A DNA stretch of 63,997 bases, counting the filler, from Chiloscyllium plagiosum (Eukaryota): NCBI RefSeq assembly GCF_004010195.1. It is 3 parts of one record of this genome, joined end to end, with 100 filler letters (N's around TTAATTAATTAA, not from the genome) between each part and the next. Parts side by side here need not be neighbours in the genome. Positions count along the whole stretch, not along the records: positions 1 to 30,840 come from NC_057712.1; 2 more parts are not named here. One strand, given 5' to 3'. The stretch's first letter is position 1, and each line of letters starts with the position of its first letter. Under the pieces are notes generated by a model that was not told the DNA's origin, did not search any database, and saw nothing but the letters and a program-made list of their open reading frames with translations. The translations under genes and the position numbers were made by a program. This document shows positions 12,161 through 26,850 of this stretch, in pieces.

Positions 12161-15100
12161 TCTTTAGAATATAGTAAAAAAAAACTCCCATTTACCCAGT
12201 CTATCGTCATAAGAGAAGTTACTAATTCCAGGTCCATCTCAATAAACTTATTTTTCAACCTTATTCTTCCCAAGTTAAGCAGTTCAATACTGGACACAAC
12301 TTTCCAACAAATGATTTGCATAAATTTAGCACTAACTTTTCTATTCATTTGTTATTTTAGAAAACCTAGATTGCCATATTTTATGTTCAGTCTTATCAAC
12401 ATCCCCATGTTTTTAATTTCTTTTAAAAATCTAAGCCTTTTAACATTTAGAGTGCTTCTGCTGAGCTCCATTAGTTTGGCAGTTGGAATTAGGTGGTGTT
12501 AGATTGTGGCTATTGTTATAGCCACATGCAACTGACATAAACTCATACAATGCAGGTATAGATGGAACCATATACCAGATGAATATATTTACTTAACAAA
12601 TTCCAACCTCCATTCAGTAATCAAGTGAATACAGCATCCATAAGGAAAACAGGGCAGAAGAACAAATGCAAATGCTGTGTAAATCTGAGCACTGACATTG
12701 CATGTCCAATAACTGCATGATTATTCAGTTTATTTACTATCTAATCGGAGATGAGTTTATTAAAGTGTGAATTCCCAAGTAGCCACATGTGGCAAATAGC
12801 TATTGTATTAGGCAACACTGTTTCATATAACACCTCTATTTGGAACTAGGATCATGATGTGAAGGATCTCCTGTTATTGGTCCTAAATTTAAGTCCTTGC
12901 CCGTTTCAACCATGACATCCTATCATGGTTAGGCTTAAAATAATATTTTAAGTTAACTAATTTATATACTGTGTAAGTCTCAAAAGAACATGGATATTGG
13001 GGTCCAAGAGGTGATGTTGCTGTGTAATTAGACTGCATTACAGCTGAATCACTGAGTCTGTGAACATCATGTTTTGTGGAAAACTTACAGCTCAAAATCC
13101 ACATCCTCCCAACCAGCCTCTTCTATCACTCAGATTGAGAAGCATACCTCTCCTCAGAGGACAGATCAGACTCCATCCATGTTCTCAGCAACAGCTGTAG
13201 CCTCCTTACCAGCAAAAGTGACTCGCTCTGGGGTACTTCACGTATAACCAAAAACTGGTAAGGAAGATGAGCTGAGCCATTTGGAATGAGGCCCAAATGT
13301 GACAGATTCCAGTCTGTACAGCTGGTTTCAGTTATACACATGTTCAACTAAGTCAAAAGAATGAACTTGATCCCTGTGTCTCCGTAACACCACATAGTTT
13401 GACTGTTTTAATAAGATAGATCTTTTCTTCCTTAAAACAAAATTAAGACTTAGCTATGGCAAATGGAGTAACGTATCACAAGTGCATTCACAGTATTTTC
13501 ATCTATTAATATTAGATTTCTATTGTTCTTCAATAAAATTATATTGCATTATGGTCTATTCTATGCGCACAAGTCTGAGTTTCTGCAGCCTCTCCTCATA
13601 CCTTATATAGCTGACAATAGGGATCAGTTTCTCACTTCTTTACTGACTGCATCCAGAAACTGAATAGCTCAGTGTCCAAAATTGGACAAAGCATTCAAGC
13701 TGTGATCTGAACAAAGCTTTGAACAATTTGGATACAGCCTCCTTTGTCATTTCCATTGTTTTGATTATGTAGTTCAAGATTATGTTGGCTTTGTCGATTT
13801 CTGTTTTGCATTGGTTAGAAACGTTGAACTTCAAGTCAACTACACAGATGGTTCCCATTTAGCTTCATATTCAGCCATTTCAACTGGAACATATGTATTC
13901 TTCCATTTCTATATACACTGTATGAAGTTACCTACATATAAATGCCAAACTTTCTTCTCATTGTGATATATTTCATTTGCTTTCTGTTCCTCCCACAAGT
14001 CCAGCACTTTACATTTCTCTGCATTAAATCTTATCCAATATTTATCTGTCTACTCCATAATCTAACATTGCTTCTCTGTGCTTACTGTCCAAACTCTTCA
14101 CAATAATCATACTTTTAATTTTTGTGCAAATATTGACATTAAATTAGAAGTAGGCTACTTCAAGCCTGTTCCTCCATTCAACACAATCATGCCTTATCCG
14201 ATTTAGCTTTCACTCCAGGTTTCTGTCTATCCAGGTATCCTTTCTCCCTTTGTTTATCAAGGATCTACATTTATCTTAAAAATATTCAAATATTCTGTCC
14301 CCATCCACCTTTTGAGGAAGAGAGGTCCAAAGACTCAATCCTATGAGGAAAGAAATCTCCATCTCCATTTTAAATGGGTGTCACCTTATTTTTAAACTTT
14401 GACCCTATTTCAAGAGAAAATATCCTCTCCAAATCCACAAAGTTTTGTCCCCTCAGGATCTTGTTTCAATCAAATCACTCTGTAGCACTTGAGGTGAAAG
14501 GGATCAAAGGATTTGGGGAACAACAGGAACAGGCTTTGGAATTGGGTGATCAGCCATGATCATAACTAATAGCAGAGCAGGCTTGAAGGCCAAATTGCCT
14601 ACATCTACACCTAATTTCTATGTCACCTCTTACACTTCTAAAATCTAAATCCCAACCTTTCACATGGGACAACCTGCTTATTGCTGCTAATTCCCTAGTA
14701 AACCTTGTCTGAACTACTTCCAATGCATTTTTATCCTTCTTAAAATGGGAAATCTAACATTATATTTCAGATATTGTTTCATCAATGCCATGTATAATTG
14801 AAGCATAACCTCCCTTTTCTGCATTCAGTTCTTCTCACAATAAATAATAATATTCTATTTACGTTGCTAATTACTTGCTACATTTTATGACTCAGGCACT
14901 TGGTCATCCTGTATCCTCTATATCTCAGAACTCAGCAATCTCTGACCATTGCTTATTTATTCCTCTTGCCAAGGTGGAAAATTTAACATTTTTCCATAAT
15001 ATACTTCATTTGCTAAATCTGTGCTCACTCACCTATTCAATTTATATCTTTTCATAGTCACAACTTATTTTCCTACCTGTCTTTGTGTCATCAACAAATT

Positions 15101-15272
15101 TAGCAGACATACTTTCAGTTGCTTCATTTGAATCATTTATATAAATAGAAATAATTGAGAGGCCATCACTGAACCCTTTGGCACACCATTTGTTATGTCT
15201 TGCCAACCAGAAAATTACTCATTTATGCTTGCTCTTTTTAGTAACAAGGGTACAAATCCAACTCTTCACATA

Positions 15273-15471
15273 CAGGCAGTGCCAGGGTTATGAATGGGTT
15301 CCATTCTTGAATATATTCTTAAGTCAATTCGTACGCAAGCCAGAACACAATACAGCACAATATAAAACAGTGAGTACCAGAAAACATTCTCATGTTAGAT
15401 CTAAAACATCAGATCTCACTGATGAGTAAGAGCACTCCTGAGTTGGATGTTCATATATCAGGGACACCCTG
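15273..15471. mobile_element. Short Tigger/pogo-like MITE
   Basis: TA-flanked; degenerate TIRs CAGGCAGTGCCAGGGTTATGAA / TTCATATATCAGGGACACCCTG. Confidence 0.5.
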
Positions 15472-16929
15472 TACATATATTGAGAAAAGCAATTGCCCCA
15501 ATAATGATCCCTGACTGAGGATTATCACTGCTAATCAATGCTTAGGATGACAAACACTATTCTGTTTCTGAGTTAACATTTCTGTTTGACTGACCCTTCC
15601 TTACCCGGCCCGAAACATTAACGGATTTCTCGCCACAGATGCTGCCAGACCTGCTGAGCTTTTCGAAAAAGATGTTTGTGTTTCTGATTTCCAGCATCTG
15701 CAGTTTCTTTATTTTTTATTATTATGTTTTTGTTCTTTTTACTCAAATTATGCAATTGTTGGAGAACTTACAGCTGAACATTCAATACTTTATCACATTT
15801 TAAAGTTTCTGTTCCATTAGTGCGTAGAAAGCATTTTGCCAATTGTCTATTGCCAATTTTTCAAAATGTTTTCTAATGGGCAATATCAATAAAATTACTC
15901 ATGCTGTTACAACTTCAATTCTAGTGTGTACTATCATAAAATACAAGCTAAATGTTTTACTTTAAAAACACACAAGATTAGAGTAATTATGCCACATTAT
16001 AATGTTGAATAAAGCCCAAAAATGAAATGTTTCCAGTTTGAATTGCATTTACTGAAAAGTATGTCAGCTATAAATGTATATCTTTATATGGTGTTAAAGG
16101 GATTAAACACTACTTCCAATTTGACTTTTGATGGTATATTTTATCATTCCAGAAAACTGAAATATGATGTCTCCTACCCAGTTACTAGTTTTAATTAATG
16201 TTTTGCTCATTTACTTTATTCTGTTAGAGCTGTGTTTAATTATAAAGGTACAGTGCTCAGTAGCAATAATTACTACTTTATTTTGTCAGTAGTAACCTGG
16301 CAGTAAGCATACGTCAACATTACTGCACTACAGGATAAGCTAGCATTTGTATCTGAAATACAGTATCATGCTTTATGTACCCAAAATAACAGCATAAATG
16401 ACTCACAGCATTAAAAAGAACCATCTCAAACTGAAAGGCCATTAGAGTTTAATAGAATAGAGAATTTTTAAATCAATTCAACTTGCATGCATCTCCATAA
16501 TATTCTCCATCTCTCTACCGACCTCAATCCATTTGCTGCTGAAATCTATATTAATGCCTTTTTAACCTCTGGATTTAACTATTCCAATGGATCCAGTATT
16601 AACTTTCCATGTTTCACCCTCAGTGCTATATTTTAATCAAAGTAGTACTGACTATCTTTCATCAATTGCACCTGATAATCCTGGTTGCTCAATGATTCAA
16701 ATTTAGCATTTTTACTTTCATAGCTTCTTCTCTTCTCTGCAACCTACTTCAATCCGACAAAACAATCCTTCAAACTTCCAGTTTCTCTAACTCTGTTCCC
16801 CTCAACAAATCCCATCACTCATCTCAATATTGTCAGTTGTGAATAAACAGCCACACTTTGCCTCAGTCAGAAGGTTATGGATTCAAGTCTCTTTTTGAAG
16901 AGAGCTAAACACCAATTCTAAAAAATAGT

Positions 16930-19340
16930 TATGAAGCACAGATAATGGCCCTTCCTCCCAACTAGTCCATGCTGACCAGCTTTCTTAGACTGAACTAGTC
17001 CCATTCATCTGCATTTGGCCCTTATCCCTCTAAACCTTTCCTATCCATGTACCTGTCCAAATGTCTCTTAAATGTTGTAATTGTACTTGCCACTACCACT
17101 TTCTTTGACAGTTCATTCTATATATGCACCACCCTGTGAATGAAGAAGTTGCACCTCAGGACCCTTTTAAATCTTTCCCCTTAAACATATGCCCTCTAGT
17201 TTTAGACTCTACTACCCTGTGGAAAAGACCTAGGCTACTCACCTTATCTATATCCTTCGTGATTTTATAAACCTCTGTAAGGTTACCCCTCAGCCTCCTA
17301 ATGATCAAGGAATAATTGTCCCAGCCTATCCAATTTCTCTTTATAATTCAAACCCTCCAGTCTCAGTAACATCCTTGTAAATCTTTTTTGCACCACCCTT
17401 TCCAGTTTAATAACATCTTTCCTATAAATGGATGACCAGAATTATACGCAATATTCCAAATGTGGCCTTACCAATGTCTTCTATATCCATAACATGATAT
17501 CCCAACTCCTGTACTCAAGGCTCTAACTGATGGAGCCAAGCATGCTAAATACCTTCTTCACTATCCTGGCTACCTGTGATGCCACTTTCAAGGAACTATG
17601 TACCTGCCCTCCCTAGATTTCTCTGTTTGATAACACTCCCCAGGGCCCTACCATTAACTAAGCAAGTCCTCCACTGGTTTTTCTTACCGAACTACAATAC
17701 CCCACATTTTTCTAAATTAAACTCCATTTGCCATTCCTCAGCTCACTGGGCTAGTTGATCAAGATCCCTTTGTACTCATAAATAATAATGTTCGCTGTCT
17801 ACTATGCCACCAATTTTGGTGTCATCCGCTAACTTACTGACCATGCCCCTCATATTCTCGTCCAATTCATTTATATAAATGATGAATAACAGTGGACTCA
17901 GCATCGATCCTTGCGGCACACCACAGGTCACAGACCTCTAGTCGGAACAACTGCCCTCTGTCACCAGCCTCTGACCCCTACCATCAAGACAATTTTCTAT
18001 CCAATTGACTAGCTTTCTCCGGATCCCATGTGATCTATCCCTACTAACCAGTGTACCACACAGATCCTTGTAAAAGGCCTTATTAAATTCCATGTAGACA
18101 AAGCCTACCGCTCTTCATCTATCTTCTATCTACCTCTTGAAAACAACTCAGTCAAGTTTGACAGACATTATTTCCCACATAAAGCGGCACGATGACTATC
18201 CCTAATTAGTTTTTGCATTTCCAAATGCATGTAGATCTTGTCTCTCAGAATCTCATCCAATAATTTACCCACCACTGATGTCAGACTCACAGGTCTATAG
18301 TTCACTGGCTTTTCCTTATAGTCTTTCATAAATAATAGCACAACATTAGCCACTCTCCAGTCTTCTGGCAGCTCACCCATGGCTATCAACGATACAAATA
18401 TCTCTGCTTGGGACCCCATAATTTCTTTCCTAGTTTCCTGGGTTACACTTGATCAAGTCCTGGGGATTTCTCTACCTTTATGCATTATAAGACCTCCTGC
18501 AGATCCTCTTTTGTAACGTGGACTCTTTTCAAGACATCATTATTTATTTCAGAGTTCCCTCACTTCCGTGTCTTTCTCCACAGTAAATACTGACATGAAA
18601 TATTTGTTAAGGATCCCACCCTCTCCTGAGGTTCCATATGTTGATGGCCTTGTTGATCTTTAAGGAGCCCTATTCTCTCCCTAGTCACTCTTTTGTGCTT
18701 AATACACCTGTAGAATCTCTTCGAAGTTTCTTTATCTGCCCAAGCTCTCTTATGCCCTTTTTTTGCCCTCCTGATTTCCTCTTAAGTGTACTCCTACACC
18801 CCCTACACTCTTCAAGGGGTTCATTTGATTTCAGCTATTCATAACTGACATATATGCCTCCTTCTTTTTCTTGACCAGAGCCTCAATATCCCTGGTAATC
18901 TAGGTGTTTCTTGCTCCTTTTGCACTTTATACTAGCAGGAACATTCTCTCCCTGAACTTTTATTATCTCGTTTTTGAAAGCCTCCCACCTGCCTGATGTC
19001 CCTTCACCCGTGAACAGCCTTCCCAATCAACTTTTGAAAGTTCCTGTGTAATACCAAAATCAGCCTTGCCCTAGTTCAGAACTTTAACTTTCCACAGTAC
19101 TTAAAAAAACAATAAAATCATGGTCACTGGTCCCAAAGTGCTCGCCTACTAATATCTTGTCCTGCCTCATTTCCCAGGTGGTCAAGTTTAGCCCCTCTCT
19201 AGTTGTGCCATCTACATATTGATTGAGAAAGTTTTTTTTGAACACATTTAACAAATTCCTCCATATCTAAGCACTTAAGACAATGGCAGTCTCAGTCTAT
19301 GTTTGGAAAGTTAAAATTTCCCTATTATTACAACTTTATT
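16930..19340 (-). mobile_element. CR1-type LINE (ORF2 remnant, ~2.4 kb)
   Basis: GELPEDWRVANVVLLF..KEKPVNYRPVSLTSVVGKLL motif and CR1 3' tail. Confidence 0.85.
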
Positions 19341-22164
19341 ATTCTTACTGCTAGCTGCGATTTGGCAGCTGGTAGTTGGTAATCAAATAGCTAATGGAGT
19401 TGTGGAATAAGATACTCAGCTTTGAACGCAAACAGAAGCAATTTTTATGAAAGAGGGAACTGAATTACATGGAGTAAGTATGAATGGAAAACAAGAGGTC
19501 TGAATGAACAATACTTCTAAACTAAATTATTTGATCATCCAGTTCTGCAAAAGATAATCAATGACAGCCAAATGTTCTGTTGATAACAAGTCATGTTCAT
19601 GAAAGTTGTACTATTTGTACTCCTATGAACAGGAGTAGGCCATTCATTCACTCAAACGTGTTCCTCTATTCAATGATATCATGCCTGATCTGTGGCCTAA
19701 GTCCATGTACCTGCCTTTGGCCCACACCCCTTAATACCTTTGCTTAACATAAATTCATCTATCTCAGAATTAAAATCAACCATTAGCATCCATTGCCATT
19801 TGTGGAAGACAGTTCCAAAATCTACAACCCTATCTGTGTAGAACTGCTTCCTAACATCTCTCCTGAGCACTGTGGTCCTAATTCTCAGACTATGTCCCTT
19901 CTAGAACCCTTGACAGTGGAAATAATTTTAAAATAATTTAACTTTATCTGTCTTTTCCTGTTAATATCTGATGAGACTTCGATCAGATCAACCTTTAACC
20001 TTCTAAATTATAGAGAGAATAGGCCTCTCCTCATTACTGAACCCCTGAAATCCAGATATCATTGGGATTAATGGCTATTTTCTAGTTCTAAGATAGTGCT
20101 GCCTGAATTGATTTTTAATTTAAAAGATCAAACAAAGCCCCACCCTTTGAATGACTGCATCCAAATCTGGAAGATTACAATCTTACACTATTCAAATATT
20201 TTTTACTATTTTTGACTGAAACGTAACTAATTTAGTTTGTTCGTTAATATTTGCCAGAGAACGTTATGAATTATTTGTTCAAATAAGTACACAACTGCTA
20301 ATATCCTTGCTACATGTGACAAGTTATTTAATTGAAATGCTCAATGATTTCACAGTGGCAGAACAATTAGAACATTGAAGCATACCATAAAATTGATTTT
20401 CCATTAAAACACTACACAATAAATGGAAATATAATAAGAGATGGAAGCTCCACAAATAAACAAAATGCTATAGGATTACAGGAATTGTTGGGAGGAGGCA
20501 ATGCCATAATGATAATATCATTGGACCTGGATGCCATATAGGATATCATGCTAATTCTTTGGAGACACAGACTCAAATCCACTATGGCACCTGGTGTAAT
20601 TTAGACTCAATTACTCAAATCTGTTATAAAACTAATGGTTATGAAACTATACATTGTCATAAAAACCCATTGGGTTCACTAACATACTTCTGGCATCTGA
20701 TCTACACGTGACTCACAACCATGCTATTGATTGTTAACTACCTTCTGAATGGTCGAAGAAAGTCACTTATTTCACGGTCAATGCAGGGCAACAAATTCCA
20801 GTGACACCCATAAACCAAGAGAGAATTCATGAGTAAACAACACTTTTACAAGTAGAATTACATTAGTAAGGAAAACTTGCAATTATATTAGTCCCTTTCA
20901 CAGTTGAGACATTCCAATTGCTTACAGCCAATTAAGAAATAAATGGTGTCATTGTTGCACAGTAAGAAAGACACTATTAGCTAAAAACAATATTAGGAAA
21001 ACAGTCAGTTGATCAGAAAACAAGCATTCAGACGCAAGTAATTTAAAGTAAAAATGAAGCATAACTGCACAAATATAGGTTTATATATCAATAAGTAAAT
21101 TCTAATGATTTAAGATTAGAAACTAACAGCCTAACAGAATTGACACGAATTTCTATTGTGAGGAATATGCACGGGCCACTGTCTAGTGACACTGCTACTG
21201 TACTACCTGCGCTTACCTGTATTACCATTTTAAATGAATATAGCTTGGCTGGTGATTCAATTATGTCCATTGCTCGATTAAAGTTGCGATAGATACTTTA
21301 ATCAACCTATTTAGACACATCATGACACACTCATGAACCTGGGATCTCTGGCCCAGAGTACGATACTACCACTATGCCACAAGGGCCCTTATATAATATA
21401 AGTATAATTAGTAAAATAAATATAAATATATAAATCACAAATTCAAAAAGAATAATTGTTCAACTAATAAACAAGCAATCGGAGGATACTGAGATAGCAG
21501 TTACTTGATTGATATGTTCCAGAGCTCCTTATGTAGCTTTGGACAGTAAATACAGTTCCAATATTCTAACAAACACAGGAACTACACTAAAATCTGAAGA
21601 AACAAAATGCTTATGGCATTTTAAGAAAATTGAATATTTAAAATTGTATATACTTTATTGTCATAATAGAGGCCATAAATGAAAATTTAAAAGCAGCCTA
21701 GATATCTCAAAGAGTAGTGAGCATGGTTTTGGAAGTGATACAATTTGGAAGTCGTACAAATCTATTGAAATTCTTTGAGAATGGTAACTGAACTTGTGGA
21801 AAAGATCATCTTGCAGCTACTTGGACCCTTGAAAGGTGCTTTCAGATGTAAAAGATTAAGAATCATGGGAAAGAAGACACATTATTTGGATAGATTCAGA
21901 ACTGCTTAGCATAGAAGACATATTGGAATGTGAAAAATGTTCCACTGGGGGAATAATGGAATAAACTAGATTTTACGCCAACCGCAACACACAAATAATG
22001 TTGAAAATCATAGTCTAATACTTTCTAGTACCTGATAAACAATCAAGTTGGCTTCACAATGAAAAATGAGAATTAAAGATTTGTCTAACATTCAAGAGGT
22101 AAAAGAAAATAATTTTAAGTGTAAAGTTTGTATTCCATGTGCAGATGTATGTTGATCACCTTAC

Positions 22165-22259
22165 CTTTGTGCCAGCTTTCTCCATATTCTCCTCCTCCTC
22201 TGATATTAGCAACAGCCAAAATACCACCCAGATGCCTCACAAAAATAAGCCTTGAAACA
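22165..22259 (-). CDS. PREP: Prolyl endopeptidase internal coding exon, 95 bp
   Basis: Translation (S)[31 protein letters not shown](G) contains the S9A hallmark NIRGGGEYG. Acceptor aacttttacAG, donor GTAAGG. Confidence 0.96.
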
Positions 22260-22721
22260 CTGTAAAAGTTTAAAAGAAATGTCTTGTACAATAATATGAA
22301 GCGTTATTTTGAGAATTGATAGTTACATAAAAGCCATTCAACAAAATTTAATTAAAAAAAAAATTTGACAAATATTTTGCAAAAGAATTCGGAAAAGGAA
22401 ACGTAACTCAAACCATAAATGGCTATATTAAAGTTACGATCGCTGTTGAACAGAGTCCAAAACAAAACTGTTTAACCTGATTCCCTGATAGTTATTTAGG
22501 TTGCAACGACATGCTATATGGATTATAAGCTCCACATTTGATTCCAAATCTGCCAGCACACTGTCTAAGTCCGAACAGTATTTGAACACCTGACTTCAAA
22601 GCTGAGGAAAAACTGGAGAAACTCAAGACACTTTTAACCTTAAAATAACCACTGAAAAAGTCTCTATCAAAAAACTAAATTAGACAAATAAGGTAAACTT
22701 AGAGCCTTTGGCGTTGATCTT

Positions 22722-23075
22722 TAAGACCATAAGACATAGGAGTGGAAATAAGGCCATTCGGCCCATCGAATCCACTCGCCATTTAATCATAGCTGATGGG
22801 CATTTCAACTCCACTTACCCGCATTCTCCCCGTAGCCCTTAATTCCTTGTGATATCAAGAATCTATCAATCTCTGCCTTGAAGACATTTAGCATCCCGGC
22901 CTCCACTGCACTCCGTGGCAATGAATTCCTCAGGCCCACCACTCTCTGGCTGAAGAAATGTCTCCACATTTCTGTTCTGAATTGAACCCCTCAAATTTTA
23001 AGGCTGTGCCCACGGGTCCTAGTCTCCCCGCCTAACAGAAACAATTTCTTAGCGTCCACCCTTTCCAAGCCATTG
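22722..23075 (-). mobile_element. CR1-type LINE 3' end
   Basis: Tail taagaccataagacataggag...ggccattcggcccatc, also seen at 34455. Confidence 0.75.
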
Positions 23076-24515
23076 TCATTGTCTATAGGAATAATGCTAG
23101 AAGACTGAAGGATAGCAAATGTGGTTCCCCTGTTCAAGAAGGAGAGTAGAGACAATCCTGGTAATTATAGACTAGTGAGCCTTACTTCAATTGTTGGTAA
23201 AGTGTTGGAAAAGGTTATAAGAGATAGGATTTATAATCATCTAGAAAAGAATAATTTGATTAGGGATAGTCAGCACGGTTTTGTGAAGGGTAGGGTCATG
23301 CCTCACAAACCTTATTGAGTTCTTTGAGAAGGTGACCAAACAGGTAGATGAGAGTAAACCGATTGATGTGGTGTATGTGGATTTCAGCAAGGCGTTCGAT
23401 AAGGTTCCCCACAGTAGGCTATTGTACAAAATGCGAAGGAATGGGATTGTGGGAGATATAGCAGTTTGGATCAGTAATTGGCTTGCTGAAAGAAGACAGA
23501 GGGTGGTGGTTGATGGGAAACGTTCATCCTGGAGTCCAGTTACCAGTGGTGTACCGCAAGGCTCAGTGTTAGGTCCACTGCTGTTCGTCATTTTTATAAT
23601 TTACCTGGATGAGGGCGTAGAAGGGTGGGTTACTAAATTTGCAGACGACACTAAGGTCGGTGGAGTTGTGGATAGTGATGAAGGATGTTGTAGGTTACAG
23701 AGGACATAGAAAAGCTGCAGATCTGGGCTGGGAGGTGGCAAATGGAATTTAATGCGGACAAGTGCAAGGTGATTCACTTTGGTCGGAGTAACCGGAATGC
23801 AAAGTACTGGGCTAATGGTAAGATTCTTGGTAGTGTAGATGAGCAGAGAGATCTCGGTGTCCAGGAACACAGATCCTTGAAAGTTGCCACCCAGGTTGAC
23901 AGGGTTGTTAAGAAGGCATACTGTGTTTTGGCTTTTATTAATAGAGGGATCGAGTTCCTGAACTATGAGGTTATGCTATAGCTGTACAAAACTCTAGTGC
24001 TGCCACACTTGGAGTATTGTGTACAGTTCTGGTCACTGCATTATCAGAAGGATGTGGAAGCTTTGGAAAGGGTGCAGAGGAGATTTACTAGGATGTTGCC
24101 TGGTATGGAGGGAAGGTCTTACGAGGAAAGGCTGAGGGACTTGAGGCTGTTTTTGTTAGAGAGAAGGAGGTTGAGAGGTGACTTAATAGAGACATACAAG
24201 ATAATCAGAGGGTTAGATAGGGTGGACGGGGAGAGCCTTTTTCCAAGAATGGTGATGGCGAGCACGAGGGCGCATAGCTTTAAATTGAGGGGTGATAGAT
24301 ATAGGACAGATGTCAGAGGTAGTTTCTTTACTCAGAGAGTAGCAAGAGTATGGAATGCTTTGCCTGCAAGGTAGTAGATCCGCCAATTTTAAGTACATTT
24401 AAGTCGTCGTTGGACAAGCATATAGACGAACATGGAGTAGTGTAGGTTAGATGGGCTTCAGATTGGTAAGACAGGTCGGCGCAACATTGAGGGCCGAAGG
24501 GCGCTGTAATGTTCT
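23076..24515 (+). mobile_element. Relatively young CR1-type LINE, RT domain to 3' end
   Basis: [58 protein letters not shown] motifs. Confidence 0.92.
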
Positions 24516-25519
24516 ATTACTTCTTGACATGCCAAATAATGAGAACAAGGTTGTGTGGGGTATATGTTACATACGGTGAAAAGATAATTTAGGCCAGATC
24601 CCCGCAATAACTTTTTTTAAAATACAGAATAATCAACAGTTCAAATAATCTTCTGGGTCAGTTTACAGATTCATTCAAGACTGAGTAAGATAATGTAATG
24701 GGAAGAAACACATGTCAACATTTTCTAGAAGTATGGATGACTGGCCTGGCTCATCTGCATGTATCTTGTGAAGAATGAACAAAGTACTTAAACACCAGCA
24801 GGCACTTAGAATATCCTGTAAATCAAGCTTTTCAAGAGAAGGGAGAGAAAAACTTAGAAAAAAATTGAAACAATTTTCTAATCTTTAACTGGAATCATAT
24901 GACATCATCATTAATTAACACTTTCTTTCAAACACAAAAGTATCAAATTTGCATTATTTCACTAACAAATCATAAAACAATTATTGCATGCATATCAAAG
25001 GAATTGTGTTAATCAAAATGCACCTTGACTTTCTATCGATAGTATAATGTGGAAGAAATATTTCTGCACAAGGAATGGCTATGCAGTCTTTTGGTGTTAT
25101 TCCTAAGGGACAGAAGTGACAGCTGAAGAATATCACTGATGCTCACATCACAAACTTTTAATAAGTTTCTCAAAAGATGATAGAATTTTTAAACTACCGT
25201 ATATTTGTCGACTAAAATCAATGTTTATAATAACTTTACAAATACACAGTGCATGCATATATTCCTGAGAATATTTTCATTTATTTTTGTTCAGAAAGGA
25301 AAACTTAATTTCAATGAACTCATGATAGGAAATATGCAAGTACTGATAAGAAATCAAGTATAGTCTTTATAGTACTGAATGATTTTAATACATAAAATAT
25401 ACAGTCCAATGACTTTAAAATGTTAGTAAAGTCTGAGTTATTCACAGAAGTGCCACAAGAAACTTTTTATAGCTAACCTTAATTATAGTGTCAATGCCTG
25501 GATTATTCTTTATTTATTT

Positions 25520-25735
25520 GTGTTGAAACTTTCACCAAAATCAAAAGATTACGGATTCAAACCTCACTTTAGTCCTCGAATACATAATCCAGATTGACAC
25601 TTCTTTGGAAAAGTGGTATTGTGAAAGGTGCTGATTTTTTAGGATGGCAAATTAAACTGAGACCATACCATCTATTTGATGGGGCAACAAGCTGTTAATA
25701 GTGCACTTTTGAAGAGGAGGATTTTTCCTCATGAC
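25520..25735 (+). mobile_element. Degenerate DeuSINE-like (SacSINE1/AmnSINE1-type) element
   Basis: aggtgctgattttttaggatggcaaattaaactgagacc...gcacttttgaagaggagg resembles the Deu-domain consensus as I recall it; not verified by alignment. Confidence 0.4.
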
Positions 25736-25739
25736 CACT

Positions 25740-26850
25740 CTAAACTTTCTGCCACTTCGATTGAATCTATCACCCCTCATTTTTGAACCCTCTGCCAAAG
25801 ATTCTTCGGTCGACTAGATGGCTATCTTTACCCCTCACAATTTCATACCTCAATGATGTCACTCCTCGGCCTTCTCTGTTCCAAGGAAAATAACCCCAAC
25901 CTCTCCTCGTCAGTTACAATTCTTCAGCCCTTGCAACATTCGGGTAAATCATCTTCGCACTTTCTCCAGAGCAACTACATCCTTTTTGTAATGCGGTGAC
26001 CAGAACTGCACACAATACTCCAGTTGTGGCCTCACCAATATCTTATACATTTTCATCATTATATCCCTAATTTTGTATTTGATACCTCTGCCAATGAAGG
26101 GAAGCATTCCATATGCCTTCTTTACAACCTTGTCTATCTGTAGTGCTACCTTTACAGATCTGTGCATTTGCACGCGAAGATCTCTCATTTCATCTACCCC
26201 TCTCTGTATATTCCTGTTTAATGTGTATTCAGTTTTAATGTTTTACATCTTTAAATGTTTATACCTATCAGAGTTGAAATCCATTTGCTACTTTCCAGCC
26301 CACTCCACCAATCCATCTATACTGTTTTGGAGCTTACATCTATCCTCTACACTACCCACTATACTGCCAATTTTTGTGTTATCTGCAAATGTCTCAATTG
26401 TGCCCCTCCCATTCAAGTCTAAATTGTTACTGAATAAATCAAACATTAGGTGACCCTGCGGTATATCACCTGAAATAACTTTCCATCCACAAAGACAGCC
26501 ATAAAATATCACCCCTTATTTTCTATTATTAAGCCAACTGTGGGTCCAATTCAACATATTATCCTGTAACACATGGGCTTTTATTTTTTTCATCAGTCTG
26601 CCATGTGGGACCGTGTCAAATGCCTTACTAAAATTCATGTAGACATCAACTGCACCACCTTCATCGATTCTTCTTGTTACTTCCTCAAACAATTCAATCA
26701 AATTTGTAGATGACATTCCCATTACAAAGCCATGCTGACAATCCTTGACCAGTTCAAGCCCTTCTAAGTGACAGATTATTCGATGTCTTAAGATTGATTT
26801 TTACAATTTGCCCACCACTGAAGGAAGACTAACTGACCTGTAATTGTTTG
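25740..26850 (-). mobile_element. CR1-type LINE RT fragment
   Basis: VYMNFSKAFDTVPH, FADNTKIG, VRPQLEYCVQFWSPHY. Confidence 0.85.

Noticed and set aside
22165..22185. Apparent start MEKAGTK before a donor site
   Set aside because: Wrong frame; the exon is fully explained by the PREP frame.
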